From: Geotalea uraniireducens Rf4
Lineage (GTDB): Bacteria > Desulfobacterota > Desulfuromonadia > Geobacterales > Geobacteraceae
NCBI RefSeq assembly: GCF_000016745.1
Contig: NC_009483.1
Span: 2,370,001-2,402,000, forward strand
DNA length: 32,000 bases
Direction: 5' to 3'
Shown here: positions 10,101 through 17,445 of the stretch, one piece after another
Numbering within the stretch: position 1 is the stretch's first letter
Layout of the letters: the number at the start of each line of letters is the position of its first letter
Made by a program: the position numbers and the translations under genes
Notes under the pieces: generated by a model
Seen by the model: the letters and a program-made list of their open reading frames with translations, nothing else
The model's database searches: none
What the model was told of the DNA's origin: nothing

Positions 10101-13100
10101 TACTCCACCAACGCAGGCGGCAACGCGGACTACGTGGTGCTGAAACAGACCAACAGCTACATCCTCGTCCCCGCACCGTTCACCGCCACCTCTCCGGCCG
10201 ACTACAGCAAGGTCGACCTTGCGTGGGGGAACAACACCAGCGGCACGGGTTTTCTCATTGAGAGGACCCTTGGGCCGGTAACTCCTTCAAGTACCTGGAC
10301 CCTCATAAATACCGCTTCACCCGGCACTACCAGTCATATGGATAGCGGGCTCAATGCCGGTACCCAATATTGCTACCGGATCGAGGCGTTTAATGGGAGC
10401 CTCATTTCCCGAAAGCTCATATCATGTACAACTACCACATTGCCGACGCCAACCCTGAATCAGTTAGTTACAGTATCGGCTACGGCAATAGATGTCAGCT
10501 GGAACAACGTTGCCGGAAACACCGGCTACAAGCTGGAACGGAGCGCTAACGGCATTACCTGGACCCAGGTGGGGGGGAATCTTGCCGCCGACACAACCGT
10601 CTATCACGACACAGGTTTGACCTCCGGAACCGTATATTTCTATCGGGTGAGCACCATCAGCGGCGCCGGCACCTCTCTGGCGAGTACCATCCAGGCTGCT
10701 CCTGTGCTCAATGCCCCCACGGGAATAACGTCAGCCAAGGTAGACCTGTCGTGGCCTGCTGTCACCGGAGCCACCGGCTACAAGCTGGAGCGTAGCCCGG
10801 ACAATACGACGTGGACGCAAATCGCCACACCGGCCCCGAATGCCACAAGTTACTCGGACACCACCGTCTCCTCGGGAATTCTCTATTATTACCGAATCAA
10901 GGCAGTAAGTGTTACTGGAGACTCCGGCCCCAGTCTTGTCCAGTCGACCATGACCAAGCTTAAGACCCCGGTCCTCAGCACTCCGACGGCCACATCCTCT
11001 ACCCAAATCGCACTGGTCTGGACCGACCTGAACGGCAACGAGACAGGGGTCACCGCCGAGTACGCCGCCTGCAACCAAAACAATCCCAACACGTGTGCCA
11101 ATGTTAACTATGACCCGTATTGGGGCGCCTGGACTCCGGTGACCTATGAGGCCAATACTACCACCGCCACTATCGCCAGCCTGACCCCTGGCCGCACTTA
11201 CCGGTTCCGGGTGACGGCGACACTCACCGGTGCCAACTCCGACCCGAGCACCGTTATGGCAGGCACCACCATCCTCGTCGGGCCCACGAATTTAACTGCG
11301 ACGGCGGCCACCAGCAGCACCGTCACCCTTACCTGGAGCGATATCCTTGGTGAGACGAATTACCGGGTGATCAAGGATGGCGCCGTCCTGACCGGCACCG
11401 GCCTGCCGTTAGGACAGCAGGCAACCACGTACACGGTCACCGGCTTGAGTCTCAACACCCAGTACTGCTTCAATGTAGAGCCCTATAACGCTACCAGTTA
11501 CGCTGACAGCAACCAGTCGTGCATCACCCTCTATGGGCCGCCGACGCTTGATTCCGTAAGCGCCGTATCGCAGAGCGAGATTGACCTGGCATGGACCGAC
11601 GTGAGCGGCGAGACCGGCTACGAGGTATGGCAGAGCCAAGCTACCTATCCGTCTAGTCCTCCGGCCAGTCCCTCCACCGGGAGTTGGAATGCTTACACCA
11701 ACCTGACAGCAACACCGCTTGATGCGGATTCAACGTCGTATCCCAAGACCGGGCTCTCGGTCGGCTATACCTACAAGTACAAGATACGCTACAAACTTCC
11801 CGACGGCAGCTTTTCGCCATACAGCAACGAAATCATGGCAACGACAATTCCTTCGACGCCGAGCCTGAGTACCTCCGTGGTTTCCATATCGCAAATCAAC
11901 CTGAGCTGGGGCAATGTTAACGGTGAGACCGCTTACAACATGCAGACGAAAGCACTTTCAGGAGCAAGCTGCACCACCGAGGACTGGACCGGCATCTCCT
12001 CCACACCGTTGGCCGCGAACACGACATCCACTGCCGTTACAGGGCTTACGGAAGGAACCAGCTACTGCTTCAGGATAAATGCATCCAATTCTGCGGGAGC
12101 ATCTCCCTGGAGTACCGCAGTAACCCAGACGACCCTCCTTCCTGCGCCGACCCTGGATGCGTTGACCGGCGTCACCCAGTCGCAGATCAGCCTCTCCTGG
12201 AACAACGTTACTGGGAACAACGGCTACAAGGTGGAGCTGAGCACGAACAATATCTCCTGGTTGCAGATTGCCACGCCAGCTGCCAACGTGATTACTTACA
12301 ACGACAGCAATCTGATGCCCAACCAGATCTACTATTACCGGGTGTCCACTAAAAACAGCGCCGGAAGCTACTCCTCGCCCCAGAGTAACGTGCTGAACGC
12401 CACAACACTTCCCGTTCCCTCTCCCACCCTGAATACGCTCACAGGGATTACCACGAGTCAGATCACCCTTTCCTGGAATGATGTGGCGGGCAATGTCGGC
12501 TATAAGGTTGAGCGCAGTCTCGATAACATCACCTGGACCCAGATCGCCACGCCGGCTACCGGGGCGACGAGCTATCCCAATACCGGCCTGTCTGCCGGCA
12601 CCCTTTACTATTACCGGGTATCCACCAGGAACAGCATTGGCTACTACTCCGCCCCGAGCAACGTGCTGTCTGCAACCACGACATCGTCGGCACCGATAGT
12701 TACGCTCAACCTGGTAACGGAAGCGCGCATCGACCTCAACTGGCAGGTCGTTCTTGGCGCCACAAACTACAAGGTCATGCGGTCGATCGGCACGGGTGGT
12801 CCATGGAGCCAAGTAAACAACTTGTCTATCGTATATACAACCCTTTACTGCGGGTATTATTCGACACCAACCATCGGCTGCCCGACCCTGGTGCCGGCAT
12901 ACACTTCATTTCCTGATGCATCTTTGACGGAAGACACCCAGTATTGTTACCAGCTCATGGCCTGGAACGCGACCGGCGGCGATTCGGCGCCGAGCAATAC
13001 GGTATGTCTGAAAACACCGGCTGTGGGCGGTCCAATCCTGACAGCGGTCACCCCCCTTAATTCGTCGAAAATTCAACTTGACTGGACGTACAATCCGGCA

Positions 13101-13349
13101 GCTTGCTCGCCCGATCCCTGTGATACCCCGGACGGTTTCGAGGTCTGGCGGCAACTGTTGAGTGGGGAATGGGCGCTCGTTACAACGTTGCCGAATATCT
13201 CCACTTACACCGATACTACCGCCATAGAACCTTTGAAAACCTATACTTACCGTGTGCGGGCTTATAAGGGCTCGGATGAATCGGCGTACAGTAATACGGT
13301 GGGTGCTTCTACTCCGGCTTTCTCAACTGTGGATGGTACCTGCCCCTGA
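7143..13349 (+). CDS. Giant secreted protein: two SBBP-type beta-propeller regions plus ~12 fibronectin type III domains
   Basis: The ORF is open from 7089, overlapping the cytochrome stop. ATG 7143 is preferred: AAGGAG/GGAG lies upstream and a signal peptide ends ...FLGVICQAFA-AG. About 8 blades of the type D-x-A-x-x-V-A-V-D ... V-x-V-T-G-Y ... DYYTVKY-x-x-x-G-x-x-x-W occupy ~7270-8540. One FN3 follows (~8541-8810), then a second set of ~8 blades (~8810-10150). An array of 11 FN3-like units with (S/T)W...GY-K-h-E-R...Y-Y-Y-R-V signatures fills ~10167-13320. Confidence 0.9.
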   Translation: MRQIVPAIMAKNICGAISRQWLGMFLACFIFLGVICQAFAAGGDIVWQKGDAQAGKQESKSSGVDSLGSVIITGYQNLTGDTNDDYYTVKFKADGSGVVWRASYDKAGGSDQATAVALDSNDDVIVTGFAWNGLNKDIHIIKYSGATGAVIWQQTYDGSAHGNDIGASIAVDSLDNVYVAGYTQNGDGNDDYLVLKYTPGGTPVWQAAYNGAANGIDQATSLAVGIDGVAVTGQSWNGTAFDMATVKYDFSGAKLWEKSYSTGAGTCIGKQTSMDAAGNVVVTGSASNAIDLDIYTAKYNGATGAIIWGKTYNGAYDDEPNGLIIDATGDVYITGYTWTLSGTNDFYTARYNGGTGALVWQQLFDSGNGNTDLAIATGIGVDPSGDVFVTGYTVAAGNYDFQTIKYKKDNGNQLWQQSFNGTANANDRPVGIWVTSTGDVLVTGWSDSGANDLDYYVIKYDPGALNPPTNLAATSLSNTSIQLSWTDNSGNEDGFKIERKLGEYGTYAQIATVEPNTTTYSDTGLAANNYYYYRIRSYSAANGDSHYSNEAHALTVVVNFLPPAWSYLYNSPDNMDDFANAIAVGPDNNPVVTGYSLRTVGGFDYYTVKLNRADKSVIWSHLYDDPDSEMDVAKCVAVDSNNSAVVSGYSQLYYAPAQGNINSIYTVKYPTTGPPETWHTQYNGPGAIDDRATAIATTTDASDNIVVIGYGKNAAGNEDIYVIKYPSSPLLDQMGNAIAAWAATPFDGDGDDIPSAVAVGPDGSVYVTGYSESASNSNIYNFFTAKYNGANGTLLWSDIYSVTAEGDNRGNSIAVDASGDLYVTGSATNAAGNKDFYTIKYSGTSATAQRLWERPFDGPANGDDEAVAVKVDPIDGAIVVAGTSLTNPGDHDVALIRYNPAGDVIWQKTLQRPANDDLATAMAVDSSGYIYIAGSTGNGSAIDILSLIYDYEGTFLGATLFNGDANGNDESSSIAANYQGEAFIAGYSTNAGGNADYVVLKQTNSYILVPAPFTATSPADYSKVDLAWGNNTSGTGFLIERTLGPVTPSSTWTLINTASPGTTSHMDSGLNAGTQYCYRIEAFNGSLISRKLISCTTTTLPTPTLNQLVTVSATAIDVSWNNVAGNTGYKLERSANGITWTQVGGNLAADTTVYHDTGLTSGTVYFYRVSTISGAGTSLASTIQAAPVLNAPTGITSAKVDLSWPAVTGATGYKLERSPDNTTWTQIATPAPNATSYSDTTVSSGILYYYRIKAVSVTGDSGPSLVQSTMTKLKTPVLSTPTATSSTQIALVWTDLNGNETGVTAEYAACNQNNPNTCANVNYDPYWGAWTPVTYEANTTTATIASLTPGRTYRFRVTATLTGANSDPSTVMAGTTILVGPTNLTATAATSSTVTLTWSDILGETNYRVIKDGAVLTGTGLPLGQQATTYTVTGLSLNTQYCFNVEPYNATSYADSNQSCITLYGPPTLDSVSAVSQSEIDLAWTDVSGETGYEVWQSQATYPSSPPASPSTGSWNAYTNLTATPLDADSTSYPKTGLSVGYTYKYKIRYKLPDGSFSPYSNEIMATTIPSTPSLSTSVVSISQINLSWGNVNGETAYNMQTKALSGASCTTEDWTGISSTPLAANTTSTAVTGLTEGTSYCFRINASNSAGASPWSTAVTQTTLLPAPTLDALTGVTQSQISLSWNNVTGNNGYKVELSTNNISWLQIATPAANVITYNDSNLMPNQIYYYRVSTKNSAGSYSSPQSNVLNATTLPVPSPTLNTLTGITTSQITLSWNDVAGNVGYKVERSLDNITWTQIATPATGATSYPNTGLSAGTLYYYRVSTRNSIGYYSAPSNVLSATTTSSAPIVTLNLVTEARIDLNWQVVLGATNYKVMRSIGTGGPWSQVNNLSIVYTTLYCGYYSTPTIGCPTLVPAYTSFPDASLTEDTQYCYQLMAWNATGGDSAPSNTVCLKTPAVGGPILTAVTPLNSSKIQLDWTYNPAACSPDPCDTPDGFEVWRQLLSGEWALVTTLPNISTYTDTTAIEPLKTYTYRVRAYKGSDESAYSNTVGASTPAFSTVDGTCP

Positions 13350-13423
13350 TAGCAGCGTGCTGGTAATGTAGGGTGATTACCGATATTACGGCGTTAAAGG
13401 AGGTGACGTTAACGGTGATAAAA

Positions 13424-13477
13424 ATGAGATACGTACGACCAAAGGTTGTTGGAAGTAGTACAGTTCATCCCTGTTGA
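13424..13477 (+). CDS. Candidate 17-codon small ORF (MRYVRPKVVGSSTVHPC)
   Basis: ATG 13424 is preceded by GGTGAT (13414-13419) and further upstream by AAAGGAGGT (13396-13404). An in-frame GTG at 13415 is an alternative start. It lies between the giant gene's stop and the terminator at 13537. I recognise no homology, and it is too short for statistics. Confidence 0.25.
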   Translation: MRYVRPKVVGSSTVHPC

Positions 13478-13536
13478 GTGCGAGTGCTGGAGAGAAAATG
13501 CATTCGGACTATTGACGGGTGCTATTTAGTTGTTAC

Positions 13537-13566
13537 GGGGCGGCTCTCAAGTCGCCCCATTTTCTT
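13537..13566 (+). terminator. Candidate intrinsic terminator of the cytochrome/propeller operon
   Basis: GGGGCG (13537-13542) pairs with CGCCCC (13553-13558) around a 10-nt loop, followed by ATTTTCTTG. Confidence 0.5.
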
Positions 13567-13736
13567 GTCCAGCGTAGCGGGTAAACCCGGACTGTCGAAA
13601 GAAACAGGCGTCACCCTTTAACGCACTGTACAAAAGCAGTTGAGCGGCCGAGAATTATCAACTCGACAACTTAATAATTTAAAGGTATGTATAATCCCTG
13701 TACGCAGAATGCGGATATATAGAGTGCTGAAAAAGG

Positions 13737-14495
13737 TTGACCGTGGCTAAAGAGAGACTCGATAAAATCCTGCTGGACCGTGGGCTGGCGCAATCCCGCG
13801 AGCGGGCGAAGGCGCTGATAATGGCCGGCCAGGTAGTGGTGGACGACCACCTTGCTGACAAGGCCGGGCAGATGGTCGCGCTTGAAGCTGAGATTCGGTT
13901 GAAAGGAGAGGTTCATCCATTTGTCAGTCGCGGCGGCCTTAAGCTGCAAAAGGCGCTCGATGAGTTTGCCATCGACGTGAACGGTCTTGTGGTCATGGAT
14001 GTGGGCGCATCCACCGGCGGATTTACCGATTGCCTGCTGCAACGGGGGGCAAAAAAGATTTTTGCCGTCGACGTCGGGTATGGGCAGCTTGCCTGGAAAC
14101 TCCGCCAGGATGAACGGGTCGTGAATCTGGAAAAGACCAACATTCGCTACCTGGAGCCGGATAGGCTTGAGGAGATACCCGACATGGCTGTCATCGACGC
14201 ATCGTTCATCTCTCTTGACAAGGTTCTCCCCGCAACGATCCGCCTGATAAGCGATACCGGAGTCGTGGTTGCCCTGATTAAGCCCCAGTTTGAGGTGGGA
14301 CGTGGCGAAGTGGGGAAGGGTGGGGTGGTGCGTGATGAAAAAAAACATGCCGAGGTGATTTCTGCCATAACTGTCTTGGCTGCAGATCTGGACCTGACCA
14401 TCAAGGGTATTACCGAATCGCCGATTTTGGGGCCTAAGGGGAACAAGGAATTTCTCATTTATCTGGAGAAAAAGGGACGGTCGACGTGTGAGTGA
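13737..14495 (+). CDS. tlyA: TlyA-family rRNA (cytidine-2'-O)-methyltransferase (hemolysin A-like)
   Basis: 252-aa ORF. It has an N-terminal S4-like segment (RLDKILLDRGLAQSRERAKALIMAGQVVVDD) and an FtsJ-type SAM site (VMDVGASTGGFTDCLLQRGAKKIFAVDVGYGQL). The track start is TTG 13737; GTG 13743 is an alternative. Confidence 0.9.
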   Translation: MTVAKERLDKILLDRGLAQSRERAKALIMAGQVVVDDHLADKAGQMVALEAEIRLKGEVHPFVSRGGLKLQKALDEFAIDVNGLVVMDVGASTGGFTDCLLQRGAKKIFAVDVGYGQLAWKLRQDERVVNLEKTNIRYLEPDRLEEIPDMAVIDASFISLDKVLPATIRLISDTGVVVALIKPQFEVGRGEVGKGGVVRDEKKHAEVISAITVLAADLDLTIKGITESPILGPKGNKEFLIYLEKKGRSTCE

Positions 14496-14588
14496 CGTCA
14501 CTGAATAATAGCAGTATTACTTGAAAATTGAATAACGCCGGAGTATAAGTACATGAGAGTTCGGCGGGATACAGGGATGGGGGGACGC

Positions 14589-14933
14589 ATGGAAGACTGC
14601 ATCTTTTGCAAGATAATCAGGGGTGATATTCCCGTAGCGAGGGTTTATGAGGATGACCTGGTCATAGCCATCGAGGATATTGCGCCGGTCGCGCCGCTTC
14701 ACCTCCTTATAATGCCGAAAAAACATATTGCGAATTCACTGGATTTGCAGCCCGAGGACGACGCGCTGATCGGCCATATCTTTCGCGTAGCGGCAACCAT
14801 TGCCCGCGAGAAGGGGGTTGCCGCAGACGGGTTCCGCATCGTCAACAACAATAATGCCGGCGCCGGTCAATCGGTATTTCACGTCCACTTCCATTTTCTG
14901 GCCGGGAGGCATTTAACCTGGCCCCCTGGCTAA
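14589..14933 (+). CDS. HIT-family (histidine triad) nucleotide hydrolase/transferase
   Basis: MEDCIFCKIIRGDIP at the N-terminus and the histidine triad HVHFHFLAG near the C-terminus. The ORF is open from 14553, but HIT proteins normally start just before the CIFC motif, which favours ATG 14589. Confidence 0.88.
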   Translation: MEDCIFCKIIRGDIPVARVYEDDLVIAIEDIAPVAPLHLLIMPKKHIANSLDLQPEDDALIGHIFRVAATIAREKGVAADGFRIVNNNNAGAGQSVFHVHFHFLAGRHLTWPPG

Positions 14934-14978
14934 CTATAGAGATACTTGCGTAGAATCACATTGTCGGAGGAAATGAAC

Positions 14979-15509
14979 ATGAGGAGCATTTTTGTAGCAA
15001 TCATACTTCTATTTGCTGTTCCAGCGCTTGCAGAAACCTATAAGTGGGTGGATGACAAAGGAACTGTGAATTTCGCGGATGACCTGGGTTCCGTTCCGAA
15101 AAAATACCGTAAAAAGGTTAAGGTGCTCGGTGGCGACGAGGGCAATGTTCCGCAGGTGACGGAAATTGATGAGTCAACGAAGGGTAAGGCAAAGGGTGAG
15201 GATAAAAAGGACGACTCAAAGGAGAGCGCATCTGCCGGAAAAGAAGGGAAAAAGAAGGCGGTTTACGGCGGGAAGGACGAGGCTGCCTGGAAAGCCGATT
15301 TCGGGAAGCTTAAAGCTGATATAAAAGCTTCCGAAGAACAGCTGGACGATACGAGGGCACGTTTGAAGGATTCAAGCAAGATGTCCAGGTCAGAGTATCT
15401 CAGTCTTCAATATACTGTAAAGGACATCGAGCACAGATTGACGGAATTGAGGAAAAAGCTCGATGCTCTCAACGAGTCTGCCGCAAAGGCGGGCGTGCCG
15501 CCGGAGTAG
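14979..15509 (+). CDS. DUF4124-domain secreted protein with Lys/Glu-rich coiled-coil tail
   Basis: Signal peptide MRSIFVAIILLFAVPALA, then ETYKWVDDKGTVNFADD, the DUF4124 signature. GGAGG at 14966-14970 lies 8 nt before ATG 14979. ATG 14973 and TTG 14946 are alternative starts. Confidence 0.8.
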   Translation: MRSIFVAIILLFAVPALAETYKWVDDKGTVNFADDLGSVPKKYRKKVKVLGGDEGNVPQVTEIDESTKGKAKGEDKKDDSKESASAGKEGKKKAVYGGKDEAAWKADFGKLKADIKASEEQLDDTRARLKDSSKMSRSEYLSLQYTVKDIEHRLTELRKKLDALNESAAKAGVPPE

Positions 15510-15526
15510 ATACAATATAGTTTCTG

Positions 15527-15568
15527 CAACAAAAAAGCCCGGAGAAAAATCTCCGGGCTTTTTTGTTG
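15527..15568. terminator. Bidirectional intrinsic terminator
   Basis: GCCCGGAG (15537-15544) pairs with CTCCGGGC (15551-15558). It is flanked by an A-tract on the left and TTTTTTGTTG on the right, so it can terminate transcripts from both strands. Confidence 0.8.
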
Positions 15569-15620
15569 TAATTGGATGTAACTGAGGAATGCTTTTTTCT
15601 TATTCGTCGGTAGAAACTGT

Positions 15621-15950
15621 TCAGCGCCTGATGGTATGCTCTTTAGCGACCACACAATCAGGTTTGGCTGTTCGTTTCCCCTTTTTCGAGCGGTTGTTAC
15701 GCGCCTGACGAATGAGACGATTCGCTTTCGCGTTATTCCCAGTGACACCAATTAATAGGTTGCTCCAAAATACCGTATGCTGTTTGAGCCGCTGACCTTT
15801 TTTCAATTATCTTCCAAGAAAACGCTTCAGGCTTCCTTCTCCAAAGAGGGCTTGCACACCGCGTCCGTACTCGAAGATGTTGTCATTTAATTAATAGTCA
15901 GGTTCCTCTTCTGCGATTACCTGTATTCCAGAGCTGTTTTCAGAGAACAT
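15621..15950 (-). pseudogene. 109-codon reading frame interrupted by two in-frame TAA codons (decayed gene, or three small ORFs)
   Basis: On the minus strand, ATG 15950 opens MFSENSSGIQVIAEEEPDY, ended by TAA (15893-15891). LNDNIFEYGRGVQALFGEGSLKRFLGR follows, ended by TAA (15809-15807). The 61-aa track ORF (TTG 15806) then runs to a stop at 15621. All three are in the same frame. I recognise no family. Confidence 0.25.
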
Positions 15951-15959
15951 TGTAAACTT

Positions 15960-15987
15960 ATTGTATTACGGTATTTTACCTTGTCAA
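15960..15987 (-). promoter_or_regulatory. Near-consensus sigma70 promoter (TTGACA-16 nt-TACAAT) reading toward lower coordinates
   Basis: The minus strand reads TTATTGACAAGGTAAAATACCGTAATACAATAAGTTTACAATG. The -35 maps to 15982-15987 and the -10 to 15960-15965. The first ATG (15950) lies 9 nt after the -10, so any mRNA would be nearly leaderless. Confidence 0.45.
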
Positions 15988-16072
15988 TAACATGTAATAT
16001 TTTTTTTCAGTTGTTGCTGTCCATTTGTTAATACTTTTCGGCTGATGGAAAAAGAACTTTAGGGAAATTTTC

Positions 16073-17371
16073 TTATAATCCAAAAATTCTTCCGATTGTT
16101 CCCGGAGATATGAGGTCTATGGTCATTAACAGGGTCAGAACGATCATGGCGATAACCGTTAGCCATGCCACAAGGTTAAAACCATGGCCATTAGTATAGT
16201 TTCCCATCAGTTTCTTGTCGTTTATAAGAATAAGCATGAAGATGAGTACGAAGGGAAGTACTGCACCGTTGACCACCTGTGAAAGAAACATGATCATTAT
16301 CAATGGTGCATTCGGTGTCAGGATGGTCAACGCGCTGATGATTATAATTATTGTGAACAGCCAGAAAAACTGGGGAGCTTTTCTGAAATCCTTGTCAATT
16401 CCTGATTCCCAGCCCATCCCTTCGCAGATATAGTAGGAAGTGGAGAGTGGGAGAATGCATGCGGCGAACAGGGATGCGTTGAACAGTCCAAATGCAAACA
16501 GTGTCGATGCATAGTTGCCTACAAGAGGCTTGAGGGCAATGGCAGCATCTGCTGCTGTTTCAACTTTCAAACCCTGCATGTGTATGGTAGAAGCGCAGGC
16601 CACGACGATAAAGAAGGCTACCACAATGGCCATCAGGCAACCGACTATGACATCCAGCCGCGAAAAACTGTACTGATCGATGGTGATCCCTTTTTCAACC
16701 ACCGCCGATTGCTGGTAAAACTGCATCCATGGCGCAATCGTTGTTCCAACAACGCCAATCATGGTAATCAGGTAACCGCTGTCGGCTTGAAATGTCGGAA
16801 CTACGGTCGCTTTCAGAATTGTGCTCCATTGCGGTCCGGCCATAAATGCGGCAATCGGGTAAGCGATATACACCATGCAGGCGACCAGGAAGACCTTCTC
16901 CACGACCTTATAAGAGCCTTTGACCACCAGCAGCCAGACCAGAACCGCGCTGATAGGGACCGAGATGTACTTGCTGATACCGAATATTTCAAGACTGGCG
17001 GCGATCCCTGCAAATTCAGATACGGAATTCCCCATATTGGTCAAAAGAAGGGCAATCATCACGTAAAAGGTTACCTTTACCCCGAATGACTCACGAATAA
17101 GGTCTGACAAACCCTTGCCGGTTACGGCTCCCATTCGTGCACACATTTCCTGAATCACCACAAGGGCGATTGTCGTGGGGATCATTACCCATAAAAGTCC
17201 ATAACCGTATCGTGCGCCCGCCAAGGAGTAGGTGGTAATTCCGCCGGCGTCGTTATCGACGTTAGCGGTAATAATGCCCGGGCCGAGAATGGCAAGAAAT
17301 AGAATGATGTTCTTAACGTTGACCTTACGGATTGGTTTGAATAACTTGACGATGCTGATGCCGGTAAACAT
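16073..17371 (-). CDS. Nramp/SLC11-family transporter with the Nramp-related Mg2+ transporter (NRMT/NrmT-like) site signature
   Basis: 432-aa polytopic membrane protein. The Nramp helix-1 block is GPGIITANVDNDAGGITTYS and the helix-6 block is MIGVVGTTIAPWMQFYQQS. The metal-site positions read D-A-G-G and T-x-x-A instead of the canonical D-P-G-N and A-x-x-M. Confidence 0.85.
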   Translation of the reverse strand: MFTGISIVKLFKPIRKVNVKNIILFLAILGPGIITANVDNDAGGITTYSLAGARYGYGLLWVMIPTTIALVVIQEMCARMGAVTGKGLSDLIRESFGVKVTFYVMIALLLTNMGNSVSEFAGIAASLEIFGISKYISVPISAVLVWLLVVKGSYKVVEKVFLVACMVYIAYPIAAFMAGPQWSTILKATVVPTFQADSGYLITMIGVVGTTIAPWMQFYQQSAVVEKGITIDQYSFSRLDVIVGCLMAIVVAFFIVVACASTIHMQGLKVETAADAAIALKPLVGNYASTLFAFGLFNASLFAACILPLSTSYYICEGMGWESGIDKDFRKAPQFFWLFTIIIIISALTILTPNAPLIMIMFLSQVVNGAVLPFVLIFMLILINDKKLMGNYTNGHGFNLVAWLTVIAMIVLTLLMTIDLISPGTIGRIFGL

Positions 17372-17445
17372 AGGTAGATCTGAGCCTCTTTCAGAAAAGC
17401 TGACAAAATGGTCGAGCGTTGATAGTAGATGGTTTATTCATGCAG

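Noticed and set aside
7125-12812. Minus-strand ORFs of 239, 243 and 284 aa (7125-7844, 8448-9179, 11958-12812) inside the propeller/FN3 gene
   Set aside because: They are antisense shadows of a continuous 2000-codon ORF with clear repeat-domain structure, and they have no motifs or start-site signals of their own.
8541-13320. Regular ~270-nt periodicity that could be mistaken for a tandem DNA repeat or CRISPR-like array
   Set aside because: The units are in-frame FN3 domains that diverge at the nucleotide level. There are no short identical direct repeats with unique spacers.
13671-14501. 276-aa minus-strand ORF
   Set aside because: It is exactly antisense to the well-supported tlyA gene and has no recognisable motifs.
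15407-15751. 114-aa minus-strand ORF
   Set aside because: It overlaps the 3' end of the DUF4124 gene and runs straight through the bidirectional terminator hairpin, so it is not plausible as a gene.
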